DNA from: Acidobacteriota bacterium | Lineage (GTDB): Bacteria > Acidobacteriota > Terriglobia > Bryobacterales > Bryobacteraceae | NCBI GenBank assembly: GCA_021787555.1 | Contig: JAJYLS010000001.1 | Span: forward strand, 27,967-91,966 | Reading direction: 5' to 3' | DNA length: 64,000 nucleotides | Part shown: piece after piece, positions 11,122-19,684 of the stretch | Layout: each line of letters opens with the position of its first letter | Position numbering within the stretch: position 1 is the stretch's first letter | The notes under the pieces: model-generated | The model's input: only the letters and a program-made list of their open reading frames with translations | Told to the model about the DNA's origin: nothing | Databases searched by the model: none | Program-made: the position numbers and the translations under genes

Positions 11122-12513
11122 ATGATCCGCCTATTTCGAGTCTTCATCCCCGCGGGCACCGTCACCCTGTTGATCTCGGAGATTCTCCTGGTGACGGCGT
11201 CATTCGTGATTGCCTGTTATCTGGTTTTTCAGGCCGATCCCACCGACTATCTCCTCTATGACGGGGGGCTGGTGCGTATTTTCATGGTCCTGCTGTGCAT
11301 CCTGATCGGGCTGCACTTCCACGACCTGTATTCGCAGATCTACGTCAAATCGCGTCTTGTTCTGTTTCAGCAGCTTTCGCTGGTGATCGGGATCGCCTTC
11401 CTCCTCCAGGGTCTCATCAGCTATGTGGACCGCAACCTGCGGATGCCCGTCCGGATCATGGTCGTTGGCAGTTTCCTATCGATGGCCCTGATTTTTATCT
11501 GGCGAACGATTTTCAGCGCGTATGCGCAGCAGGTAGTCGGGAACGACCGCTTGCTGCTGGTCGGAAGCAGCCCCGTGCTGGAGGATATCGCCCGCTACGT
11601 CGACGAGCATCCGGAGGCCGGGCTGGCGGTGGCAGGCTACGTGGACGATTCCCAGGAGGCAGGCACCGACCTTCCCGGCGGCAAGTTGCTCGGGCCGTTG
11701 GGCTCGCTGCGTGAAATCGTCCAGGCCACCAAGCCCAACCGTATTGTGGTGGGTATGTTCGAGCGGCGCAATCGCGTTCCCGTGGCCGAGTTGCTCGACT
11801 TGCGCTTCGCCGGGCACGTCATCGAGGAAGCCGGCAGCGCCTACGAACGGATTTGCGGCCGGGTTTGCATCAAGGAGTTACGGCCCTCGCAGTTCATCTA
11901 TTCGGGCGAGCTGGGGCCCGGCCGTCAGACCCTGTTCTACCAAGCCTTTGTCCATACGGCCCTGGCGGGTTTCGGCGTTATCGTGGCGTCGCCGCTCATG
12001 CTGCTCACGGCATTTGCGGTCCGGCTCTCCTCTGCCGGTCCCGTGCTCTACCGCCAGGTGCGCGTGGGCATGGACGGCGTTCCCTTCACGCTCTACAAGT
12101 TCCGCTCCATGCGCGCCGATGCCGAGGCCGGCACCGGCGCGGTGTGGGCCACCAAGGACGATCCCCGCGTCACGGGCGTCGGCCGCGTGATCCGCAAGCT
12201 CCGTTTTGACGAACTGCCCCAGCTTTTCAATGTTTTGAAGGGCGAGATGGCGTTGGTGGGCCCGCGCCCCGAGCGCCCCGAGTTCGTGAAGGCGCTCTCG
12301 GAACAAATCCCCTATTACCGCCAGCGCCACTGTGTCCGGCCCGGCGTCACCGGCTGGGCCCAGATCTGCTACAAGTACGGCGACACGCTCGAAGATACCA
12401 TCACCAAGCTCGAATACGATCTCTACTACATCAAGAACATGTCCATGAGCCTGGACGGCTACATCATCTTCCACACCGTGAAAGCCATGTTGCTCTCTCG
12501 CGGCGCGCAATAG
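11122..12513 (+). CDS. Polyprenyl-phosphate (priming) sugar transferase, EPS-type, similar to those in PEP-CTERM-associated loci
   Basis: 4-5 TM helices, a CoA-binding-like domain and the Bac_transf motifs KFRSM, DPRVT, DELPQL, VGPRPE, PGVTGWAQ. Confidence 0.93.
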   Translation: MIRLFRVFIPAGTVTLLISEILLVTASFVIACYLVFQADPTDYLLYDGGLVRIFMVLLCILIGLHFHDLYSQIYVKSRLVLFQQLSLVIGIAFLLQGLISYVDRNLRMPVRIMVVGSFLSMALIFIWRTIFSAYAQQVVGNDRLLLVGSSPVLEDIARYVDEHPEAGLAVAGYVDDSQEAGTDLPGGKLLGPLGSLREIVQATKPNRIVVGMFERRNRVPVAELLDLRFAGHVIEEAGSAYERICGRVCIKELRPSQFIYSGELGPGRQTLFYQAFVHTALAGFGVIVASPLMLLTAFAVRLSSAGPVLYRQVRVGMDGVPFTLYKFRSMRADAEAGTGAVWATKDDPRVTGVGRVIRKLRFDELPQLFNVLKGEMALVGPRPERPEFVKALSEQIPYYRQRHCVRPGVTGWAQICYKYGDTLEDTITKLEYDLYYIKNMSMSLDGYIIFHTVKAMLLSRGAQ

Positions 12514-12514
12514 G

Positions 12515-13633
12515 TCACACCGCGTTCAGGAATCCGCCGATCGCCTCCACAATCCGCTCGCTTGCGTGCCCGTCGCCGTAGGGATTGTGCACACGAGCCA
12601 TGCGCCGGTATGCGGCTTCGTCTTCCAGTAGACGCGCGGCTTCGGCGACGATGCGCCGGGGGTCGGTCCCCACCAGCTTGACCGTCCCCGCTTCCACCGC
12701 TTCCGGGCGCTCGGTGGTTTCCCGCATCACCAGCACCGGCTTGCCGAGCGACGGTCCTTCTTCCTGAATCCCGCCCGAGTCGGTGATCAACAGGTGCGCG
12801 CGGCGCATCAAGCCCACAAACGAGACGTACTCCAGCGGTTCGATCAGCACGATGTTCGGCCGTCCGTCCAGGCGCTTCGTCACCGGGTCGAGCACGTTCG
12901 GGTTGCGGTGCACCGGATAGACCACCTGTACATCCGGGCGCTGGGCCAGTGCTGCAAGGGCATCGCAGATCCGTTCAATCCCTTCGCCGAAGCTCTCGCG
13001 GCGGTGCGCTGTCACGGCGATGAGTTTCTTGGAGTCATCCAGCCAGGGCCATTCCGGCCCGCGCAGTCTTCCCTGCCCCAGCGCGCAGGCCACGAACAGG
13101 ACGGCGTCGATGCCGGAATTCCCCGTGACGATGATGCGCTCCGGCGCGACGCCCTCGGCCAGCAGATTGGCGCGTGCCCATTCCGTGGGAGCGAAATGCA
13201 GCGCCGCGAGACGGCCCGTGACCAGCCGGTTCAATTCCTCGGGGAAAGGCCGGGCTAAATCGCCGGTCCGCAGTCCGGCCTCGACATGCGCCACCGGCAC
13301 CCGGCGGTAAAAGGCCGCGAGCGCTCCCGCCATGGTGGTGGTGGTGTCGCCCTGGACCACCGCCATATCGAAGTGTTTGCCGGCGAAAATCGGGTCCAGC
13401 GCCCCGAGCACCCGGGCGGTAATCTGCGCCAGCGTCTGATTCGGCGTCATCAGGTCCAGGTCGTAATCCGGCACGACGCCGAAGCACTCGAGGACTTGGT
13501 CCAACATGGTGCGATGCTGGGCCGTCACGCACACACACACCTCGATCCCGGGCGCCTTGCGCATCTCCCGGATCACCGGGCAGAGCTTGATGGCTTCCGG
13601 CCGCGTGCCGAAGATGAACAGTACCCGCTTCAT
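12515..13633 (-). CDS. wecB: UDP-N-acetylglucosamine 2-epimerase (non-hydrolysing)
   Basis: [38 protein letters not shown] and NPYGDG motifs. Start MKRVLF at 13633 overlaps the upstream stop. Confidence 0.95.
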   Translation of the reverse strand: MKRVLFIFGTRPEAIKLCPVIREMRKAPGIEVCVCVTAQHRTMLDQVLECFGVVPDYDLDLMTPNQTLAQITARVLGALDPIFAGKHFDMAVVQGDTTTTMAGALAAFYRRVPVAHVEAGLRTGDLARPFPEELNRLVTGRLAALHFAPTEWARANLLAEGVAPERIIVTGNSGIDAVLFVACALGQGRLRGPEWPWLDDSKKLIAVTAHRRESFGEGIERICDALAALAQRPDVQVVYPVHRNPNVLDPVTKRLDGRPNIVLIEPLEYVSFVGLMRRAHLLITDSGGIQEEGPSLGKPVLVMRETTERPEAVEAGTVKLVGTDPRRIVAEAARLLEDEAAYRRMARVHNPYGDGHASERIVEAIGGFLNAV

Positions 13634-14349
13634 CGGTATTTGCCTGTTATCCCGTTCCACCGGACCCGGAGCGGATCCAGAAAGGCCGAAATACCGTGCA
13701 GCAGCCCTACCTTGGTGCCTGCCACATTGTTCCACCGCACCGGCACTTCAATGGCCCGGTAGCCCAATTGCCGGGCGATAAATAGGACCTCTACGTCGAA
13801 TCCGAACCGCTCCAGCGTCTGGCGCGAGAAAATCTCACGTGCCGCGCTCGTCTTGAACAGCTTGAACCCGCACTGCGTGTCGCGAAACGGAAGACCCGTG
13901 GAAGTCCTGACCACCAGGTTAAAGAGCCGTCCTACGGCTTCCCGAAAAAACGGCTGATGGACGCCGATCAGCGACCGGTCTAGCGCCCTCGATCCGATGG
14001 CCACTTGCGCTCCGGCGCGCTCCGCCGCTTGCCACAGCTTGTCGAGGTCCTCGATCGGCGCGGACAGGTCGGCATCGGTAAACAGCGCCCAGTCGCCCGA
14101 GGCCTCCTGCATTCCGTGGCGCACGCTGTACCCTTTACCGCGGTTGCCGGGGTTCCGCAGCACGCGTACGCGCCCGTCCGCCGATTGCGCGGCTTCGACC
14201 GTGTGGTCGCTTGAGCCGTCGTCAACCACCACGACCTCGGCAAAATCCCAGGGCGTCCTCGCCAGGTATGCCAGCACCGTTCTCAACGTCTGCGGCAAAC
14301 GCTGCTCTTCGTTATAGGCCGGGATGATGATCGAGATAGATCGCTGCAA
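13630..14349 (-). CDS. GT2, dolichyl/polyprenyl-phosphate glycosyltransferase (DPG synthase-like)
   Basis: [31 protein letters not shown] and FDVE motifs. Confidence 0.9.
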   Translation of the reverse strand: MQRSISIIIPAYNEEQRLPQTLRTVLAYLARTPWDFAEVVVVDDGSSDHTVEAAQSADGRVRVLRNPGNRGKGYSVRHGMQEASGDWALFTDADLSAPIEDLDKLWQAAERAGAQVAIGSRALDRSLIGVHQPFFREAVGRLFNLVVRTSTGLPFRDTQCGFKLFKTSAAREIFSRQTLERFGFDVEVLFIARQLGYRAIEVPVRWNNVAGTKVGLLHGISAFLDPLRVRWNGITGKYR

Positions 14350-14482
14350 GGAAAGACCATAATAGCCGATTTCAAGCGGGGGCCAGGAGATGGCACGGAT
14401 TCCTTAAATACCCACTTTAACCATGTAACTCTATATTGCAGATACTAATACACGGTACATGCCAAAGTTTCACACTTTATGC

Positions 14483-14511
14483 TTGCAGAAAGCATTTGAT
14501 CGTCTTAACAT
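14483..14511 (+). promoter_or_regulatory. Putative sigma70 promoter of the HTH-parA-rep operon (probably leaderless)
   Basis: TTGCAG-17 bp-TAACAT, then 7 nt to ATG 14519, within AT-rich intergenic DNA. Confidence 0.5.
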
Positions 14512-14518
14512 AGAACAA

Positions 14519-14722
14519 ATGCGGAATGGTGAACGTTCTCAGATGTATCTAACGACCGCTCGTGTAGCCCGCATTCTGGGAATCAATAAGCGAACCTTGC
14601 ATAACTGGATTAAAGCAGGAAAAATTCCGGGCCCCAACGCCAATCCGGACAATGGATATCTCCAATGGACCATGGCGGATGTTGAGGTCGTCCGCAACGT
14701 GCTGATGGAGGAACCGAAGTGA
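14519..14722 (+). CDS. Small MerR/excisionase-type helix-turn-helix protein
   Basis: YLTTARVARILGINKRTLHNWIKAGKIP is an HTH_17/MerR-like signature. The stop overlaps the parA start. Confidence 0.8.
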   Translation: MRNGERSQMYLTTARVARILGINKRTLHNWIKAGKIPGPNANPDNGYLQWTMADVEVVRNVLMEEPK

Positions 14723-15516
14723 TTCGACTGGTGATTGCCAACCAGAAGGGCGGCGTCGCAAAGACTACGACCACCCTAAGCCTGGCGCGCGAATTTGCGG
14801 AGCGCGGCCTCAAGGTGCTGCTGATCGATATCGACCCCCAGGGCTCCATTGGCGCGAGCCTCGGCCTCAAGGCTGCAAACTATTTGTATAGCTTCGTGAT
14901 CTCGAATTACCGCTTCAAGGACTGCCTGGTGGAGGCGCATCCCGGGATCGATGTGCTGTGCAGCAACCGCGAGACCACGGATATCGAGGGCATTCTGACG
15001 CCGCGGACCGGGCGGGAGCTGATTTTCCAGGTCCTGCTGACGCCTGTCGAGAAGGACTACGACGCCGTGATCATCGACTGCCCGCCGGCCATTTCCCTGC
15101 TCCAGAGCTGCGCGGTGATGTATTCGCAGCAGATCCTGATCCCCCTGACGATGGATCCGCTGAGCCTGCAAGGCGCCTACGCCGCGATCCAGACCTCCGC
15201 CACGCTGAACCGGCTTTTCAAAGCGAATATCCAACCGGTGGCGGTGCTGCCGGTGCAGGTGGACCGGCGGTTGCAGATGACCGACGTGATTCTCGACAGC
15301 CTGCAGTCGCTTTCACGCGAGTACAACATTCCCCTGCTCCCGGCCGTGCGCACCGATTCCACGGTACCCAAGGCGACGCGGGCGCGCCGGTTTCTTCTGG
15401 ATTTCGACCCCAAATGCAAAGCTGTGGAAGACTACCGCCTGGTTGCCGAGCAGTTGCTCGAGCACCTCAAAGGACAGTTGAATGAGCGGCAGTTCGCGCT
15501 CCCGGCAGAAGCGTAA
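14719..15516 (+). CDS. parA: ParA/Soj family ATPase
   Basis: Deviant Walker A NQKGGVAKTT, plus IDIDPQ and IIDCPP. Confidence 0.92.
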   Translation: MIRLVIANQKGGVAKTTTTLSLAREFAERGLKVLLIDIDPQGSIGASLGLKAANYLYSFVISNYRFKDCLVEAHPGIDVLCSNRETTDIEGILTPRTGRELIFQVLLTPVEKDYDAVIIDCPPAISLLQSCAVMYSQQILIPLTMDPLSLQGAYAAIQTSATLNRLFKANIQPVAVLPVQVDRRLQMTDVILDSLQSLSREYNIPLLPAVRTDSTVPKATRARRFLLDFDPKCKAVEDYRLVAEQLLEHLKGQLNERQFALPAEA

Positions 15517-16849
15517 GCTGGAGCCCATCAGCCTCGAAGAACTAGCCGGCACGACCGGGATGTCGGGGTTCTGCACTTTTTTGACGCGGGACGCGTCGGT
15601 GCCGGTTCCTGCGCTGGACCGGCAGGCGGCGGACTCGATCGGCAGCCCGGCCGCCGCGGGGAGTGTGGCCGCACCGCTTGAAGCGAGTGCACTTGAGTCA
15701 GAAGTTGTTGCGTCAACTGCACCTCTTTCAACTGCACCCATTTCAGATGCATCATATTTAAATGCAGTTGAAACAGATGCATCTAAAAGAGGTGCACCTG
15801 TCTTGACTGCATCTGTTTCAGGAGCACCGAGGCTGGCTGTTTCAACTCCTCCGTTGGCGGACCCGCCGACTATCGAATCGAGTGCACCTGATTCAGGCGC
15901 ATCCGATAGCGATGCTGTTGAAACAGGTGCACCTGAACCGAGTGCTTTCGAATTCCGGCGCGAACGCCGCCTCCGCATCCGCGAAGCCGTCACCGTCCAG
16001 GACGGCCATTCGCTCGCCGAACAGGCAGTCTACGACGCCATGTACCGGGCAGGGAAGCTCTACCAGGGAGATTCCCGGATCCTCACTATCGGCCTCCGCA
16101 CCCTGGCCGAGCTTTCCCGCATGGCTTACAGCAACTGCAAATTAAACGTCCGGTCGCTGGTTGCCAAGCTCGCCATCGACGAAAGCCCGGAGTTCAGCTA
16201 TACCGAAGGCCGCACTTACGTCATCTACAGCTTTCGCGAGATCCTCCGGCGGAGGAAAGCCGCCGGCCTTACCCACGTGGTCCGCACGCGCGGCGTGGCG
16301 TTTGTCGATCCGGCTACGGGGAAGGAATTGAGTGCATGTGAATCGAGTGCACCTGATCTACCTGGAAGTGCACTTGCGACATCCATAAGAAGTGCGTCTG
16401 AACCCACTGAATCGAGTGCACTTGCGTCCGGCGCGGATATAAGGAAGAGGCACTTGATGAGCAATTCCGGACAGGCATCGTCGTCGTCCTCCGCCGTACC
16501 CGCTCTGGTGGCGGCCCTCCGCCGCCACATCCCGGACGTCGACGACGACGCGGCCGCGGAACTCTGGCAGCGCTGCATCGACAACGCTCCCGACGCGCGC
16601 ATCGACGAAGTGGTCCACTTCATCGACCTCAAAGCCGGCAAGCCCGGCATCCGCATGCCCCTCGGGTTCCTCCTGACAGCGGTGCCCAAGTGTTTCGCCG
16701 GGGATGCTTTCCGCCAGTTCCGCGCCGAGCGTGCGCGGAGCACGGAAGGGAACCTCGCTCGGGACCGCCTGTTTGCTGACGAGGTCCTCAAGAACCCCGA
16801 AGCCGACGAGGAGCAGCGCCAATGGGCCCGCGAGGTCCTCGGACTTTAA
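15482..16849 (+). CDS. Putative replication initiator (winged-helix) with internal DNA repeat arrays
   Basis: Overlaps parA. Central wHTH-like segment (IGLRTLAELSRMAYSNCKLNVRSLVAKLAI..GRTYVIYS) and a C-terminal IRMPLGFLLTAV motif reminiscent of plasmid/phage Rep C-termini. Function is inferred. Confidence 0.5.
   Translation: MSGSSRSRQKRKLEPISLEELAGTTGMSGFCTFLTRDASVPVPALDRQAADSIGSPAAAGSVAAPLEASALESEVVASTAPLSTAPISDASYLNAVETDASKRGAPVLTASVSGAPRLAVSTPPLADPPTIESSAPDSGASDSDAVETGAPEPSAFEFRRERRLRIREAVTVQDGHSLAEQAVYDAMYRAGKLYQGDSRILTIGLRTLAELSRMAYSNCKLNVRSLVAKLAIDESPEFSYTEGRTYVIYSFREILRRRKAAGLTHVVRTRGVAFVDPATGKELSACESSAPDLPGSALATSIRSASEPTESSALASGADIRKRHLMSNSGQASSSSSAVPALVAALRRHIPDVDDDAAAELWQRCIDNAPDARIDEVVHFIDLKAGKPGIRMPLGFLLTAVPKCFAGDAFRQFRAERARSTEGNLARDRLFADEVLKNPEADEEQRQWAREVLGL
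15683..15950. repeat. 15-bp-period palindromic repeat array (core CAGRTGCAYCTG), iteron/centromere-like
   Basis: TGCA in exact 15-bp phase at 15688, 15718, 15733, 15748, 15763, 15778, 15793, 15808, 15883 and 15928. Degenerate cores at 15823, 15898, 15913 and 15943. Confidence 0.85.
16328..16425. repeat. Second cluster of AGTGCAC repeats in the rep-like gene
   Basis: TGCA at 16333, 16348, 16369 and 16417. GAATCGAGTGCACCTGAT at 16340-16357 is identical to 15875-15892. Confidence 0.8.
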
Positions 16850-17358
16850 CCCTGCCCGATGAACCGGCTCACCGCGTCGAAATCGTTTTGCAGGGCAAAT
16901 ACAATAGCGCCAATCTTTTCCAGGAAATCGGGGGTGCTGGCGAAGTCGATCGTCAGGCGGCCGGGGGTCAACTCGACGCCCGCCGGCAACTTCTGGAACC
17001 GCGTGCTCACGAGCGCCAGCGCGCGCTTTTCCTGGGCCACCCCGACGTGCCGCGCCCGGGCCGCAGCCACCAGGGCATCCAGGCGTTCCTCCACCCGCGT
17101 GCGCCGGGCCATTTCCCGCGAATATTCGCCGGTCTCGCGCAGCGATTGGAGTTGCCGGACCAGATCCGCCCGGCCGCACACCAGGGTGTTCCCGGGGCCT
17201 GGGGTCGCCTCGCAGCGCCGCATGATGCGCCAGGCGACGGTTTTCGACACCCCCAGCGTCTCTTCCAACGTCCGCCGGTCCACCCACTCGGCGGAAAGCT
17301 CCTGGAAAACCTCGATCGCCTCGGTAATTCGATGAAAATACGCCGGGGTTGCTGGCAT
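16846..17358 (-). CDS. Hypothetical protein with an N-terminal HTH
   Basis: VDRRTLEETLGVSKTVAWRIM is HTH-like. An extended -10 (TGcTATCAT) lies 6 nt before the ATG at 17358. Confidence 0.65.
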   Translation of the reverse strand: MPATPAYFHRITEAIEVFQELSAEWVDRRTLEETLGVSKTVAWRIMRRCEATPGPGNTLVCGRADLVRQLQSLRETGEYSREMARRTRVEERLDALVAAARARHVGVAQEKRALALVSTRFQKLPAGVELTPGRLTIDFASTPDFLEKIGAIVFALQNDFDAVSRFIGQG

Positions 17359-17419
17359 GGCGCGATGATAGCACAATCCATCATGTAGTGGAACGATCGT
17401 TTCACATCAAGAGAAAAAT

Positions 17420-17447
17420 ATTTCCGATAATGATTGTTATCGTATAT
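17420..17447. promoter_or_regulatory. dif-like tyrosine-recombinase site overlapping the recombinase promoter
   Basis: ATTTCCGATAA-TGATTG-TTATCGTATAT has 11-6-11 geometry with inverted CGATAA/TTATCG arms. It overlaps the promoter TTCCGA-17-TATACT. Confidence 0.6.
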
Positions 17448-17457
17448 ACTTGTTCCG

Positions 17458-18366
17458 ATGCATCCTGCGGCGCTGGTTTCAGCTCCCGACGCGGTCGTGC
17501 GCTTGAAACGGCTGGTCCTGGACAGCCTGCGCTCGGAGCATTCCCGCCGCGCGTACCTTCACGCCCTGGATGACTTCTTCGGATGGGTTCAGTCCGAACC
17601 ACGCGGTCCTTTCGGCCGGGCCCTGGTGCAGGAATACCGGGCATATCTCGAACAACTCAATCTGGCGCCCTCCACCATCAACGTGCGGCTTTCGGCGCTG
17701 CGGAAACTGGCTTCCGAAAGCGTCGAGAACGGCTATCTGGACGGCGCTACGGCACAAGCGGTGATGTCGCTGAAGAGCGTCCGGCAGGCGGGCATCAGGG
17801 CAGGGAACTGGCTCACGCGGGAACAGGCGCAGTCGCTGCTGGCGCAGCCGGATGCCGCGACCCTCCGCGGCAAGCGTGACCGCGCCATTCTGGCGCTCCT
17901 GGTCTGCTGCGGCCTTCGGCGCACCGAAGTGGCGGGGCTGCGCGCCGGGGACATTGTCCAAAGAGAAGGCCGCTGGGTAATTGCCGACCTCGCAGGCAAA
18001 GGCGGCCGGCTGCGCACGGTGCCGGTGCCGGCGGCGGTCAAGGCCGCGGTGGATAGCTGGACCGCGGCCGCGGGAATCCGCAGCGGCCCGATCTTCCGCT
18101 CCACCCGGTCAGCGGACGCCGGTCGCGAAGCACCGCTCACCGGCAAGACGATCTGGCACGTCGTGGCGAAATATGCGGCGCAAATCGGCGTGCGCGACCT
18201 GGCGCCGCACGATTTACGCCGGACATGTGCCAAGTTGTGCCGGGCGTCGGGTGGAGAACTCGAGCAGATCCAGTTTCTGCTCGGCCACGCCTCCATCCAA
18301 ACTACGGAGCGATACCTCGGCAGCCGCCAAAACCTGGTACAGGCCGTCAATGACAACTTGCTTTAG
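17458..18366 (+). CDS. Tyrosine recombinase/integrase (XerC/D-like)
   Basis: RDRAIL..GLRRTE, GKGGRLR, PHDLRRT and LLGHASIQTTERY give the full R-H-R-H-Y catalytic set. Confidence 0.93.
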   Translation: MHPAALVSAPDAVVRLKRLVLDSLRSEHSRRAYLHALDDFFGWVQSEPRGPFGRALVQEYRAYLEQLNLAPSTINVRLSALRKLASESVENGYLDGATAQAVMSLKSVRQAGIRAGNWLTREQAQSLLAQPDAATLRGKRDRAILALLVCCGLRRTEVAGLRAGDIVQREGRWVIADLAGKGGRLRTVPVPAAVKAAVDSWTAAAGIRSGPIFRSTRSADAGREAPLTGKTIWHVVAKYAAQIGVRDLAPHDLRRTCAKLCRASGGELEQIQFLLGHASIQTTERYLGSRQNLVQAVNDNLL

Positions 18367-18502
18367 TCATGAGACCTCAGCTCGCGCGTGAAGGCGGCGC
18401 GGTCCGAACCTGCGCCGCGCCGGGGTGCATATGCTATCATCCTTTTTCCCCGATGGAACGTGTGTCCTCATACGCCGCCCCAGGCAAGTTCGCGGCCATG
18501 CC

Positions 18503-19684
18503 ATGAAGCTGCTTTGGGTGAAAACGGATTTTCTGCACCCGGCGACCCGCGGGGGACAGATCCGGACACTGGAAATGCTGCGCCGGCTCCACGCCCGCCA
18601 CACGGTCCACTACGTCGCGTTCGAAGATCCGGCCCATCCGGAAGGTCCGGCGCGGGCGCCGGAGTATTGCTCGTTCGCCTATCCGATCCGGTACCGGGTG
18701 GCGGCCAAGAATAGCTGGGCGTTTGGCGCTCAATTGCTCCGCGGGCTTTTCGATCCCGTACCGGTAGCCGTGAGCCGCTACCGGTGCGGCGCCATGCGGC
18801 GGAAAATTGCGGAGCTGACCGCCCGGGAGTATTTCGATTCCATCGTCTGCGATTTCCTTTTCCCGACGCCCAATATGCCGGACCTTGATTCCTGTGTGCT
18901 GTTCCAGCACAACGTGGAGTGGACCATCTGGCAGCGCCACACGGAGAACGCCTCCGACCCGTGGCGGCGCTGGTACTTCAGCATGCAGGCGCGCCGCATG
19001 TTTGCCTACGAGGGCGCCGTGTGCCGGAAGGTGAAGAAGCTGATTGCGGTTTCGGAAAACGACGCCGCGATCTTCCGCAAGCAGTACGGAGCCGCGGCGG
19101 TGGCGCCGGTGCCCACGGGCGTCGATCTGGATTATTTTGCGCCGCCCGCGTCGCCGGCTCCCACCGCGGACCTCGTATTTCTGGGCTCAATGGATTGGAT
19201 GGCCAACGAGGACGCCATGTTGTGGTTTGCCGCCGAGGTGCTGCCGCTCATCCGGCGCGCCCGCCCGGATTGCCGCCTGGCGATCGTCGGCCGAAGGCCC
19301 ACGGCGCGGATCCGCGACCTGGTGCGCGATCCGCTGATCGAGGTGACGGGGACGGTGGTGGATGTGCGGCCGTGGCTGTGGGGCGCAGCGGTGTCGATCG
19401 TGCCGCTGCGGGTGGGCGGAGGCACGCGGCTGAAAATCTACGAAGCCATGGCGGCGCGAGTGCCGGTTGTTTCCACGAGCGTGGGGGCCGAAGGCCTGGA
19501 CGTTTCGCCCGGCGAAAACATCGCGATCGGGGATACGGCCGCGGACCTGGCGGACCGGTGTCTCGCGCTGCTGGATAGTCCGGCGCGGCGCGCGCAGATC
19601 TCCGATGCCGCCCATCGACTGGTCGCGACGCGGTATTCCTGGGATGCCGCGGTGCGCGTTTTCGAGGACCTCTTGCAGGCATGA
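18503..19684 (+). CDS. Glycosyltransferase family 4 (type seen in PEP-CTERM/exosortase-associated EPS loci)
   Basis: GGQIRT, QHNVE, FLGSMDW.N.D and VPLRVGGGTRLKIYEAMA motifs. Confidence 0.9.
   Translation: MKLLWVKTDFLHPATRGGQIRTLEMLRRLHARHTVHYVAFEDPAHPEGPARAPEYCSFAYPIRYRVAAKNSWAFGAQLLRGLFDPVPVAVSRYRCGAMRRKIAELTAREYFDSIVCDFLFPTPNMPDLDSCVLFQHNVEWTIWQRHTENASDPWRRWYFSMQARRMFAYEGAVCRKVKKLIAVSENDAAIFRKQYGAAAVAPVPTGVDLDYFAPPASPAPTADLVFLGSMDWMANEDAMLWFAAEVLPLIRRARPDCRLAIVGRRPTARIRDLVRDPLIEVTGTVVDVRPWLWGAAVSIVPLRVGGGTRLKIYEAMAARVPVVSTSVGAEGLDVSPGENIAIGDTAADLADRCLALLDSPARRAQISDAAHRLVATRYSWDAAVRVFEDLLQA

Larger units (their letters stand above)
14360..18366. mobile_element. Plasmid/secondary-replicon-like maintenance module (HTH-ParA-Rep-HTH-dif-recombinase)
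   Basis: Gene set, repeat arrays and recombination site, inserted between glycosyltransferase genes. No att direct repeats were found by eye. Confidence 0.5.

Noticed and set aside
14391..14406. TGGCAC as a sigma54 promoter
   Set aside because: There is no TTGC at the required -12 position.
15683..16425. Repeat arrays as a CRISPR array
   Set aside because: The units are 15 bp, degenerate and contiguous, without unique spacers. They lie inside an ORF and no cas genes are present.
17426..17441. GATAATGATTGTTATC as a Fur box
   Set aside because: Arm spacing does not fit the 19-bp or 7-1-7 Fur geometry. The 11-6-11 layout next to a recombinase fits a dif-like site better.
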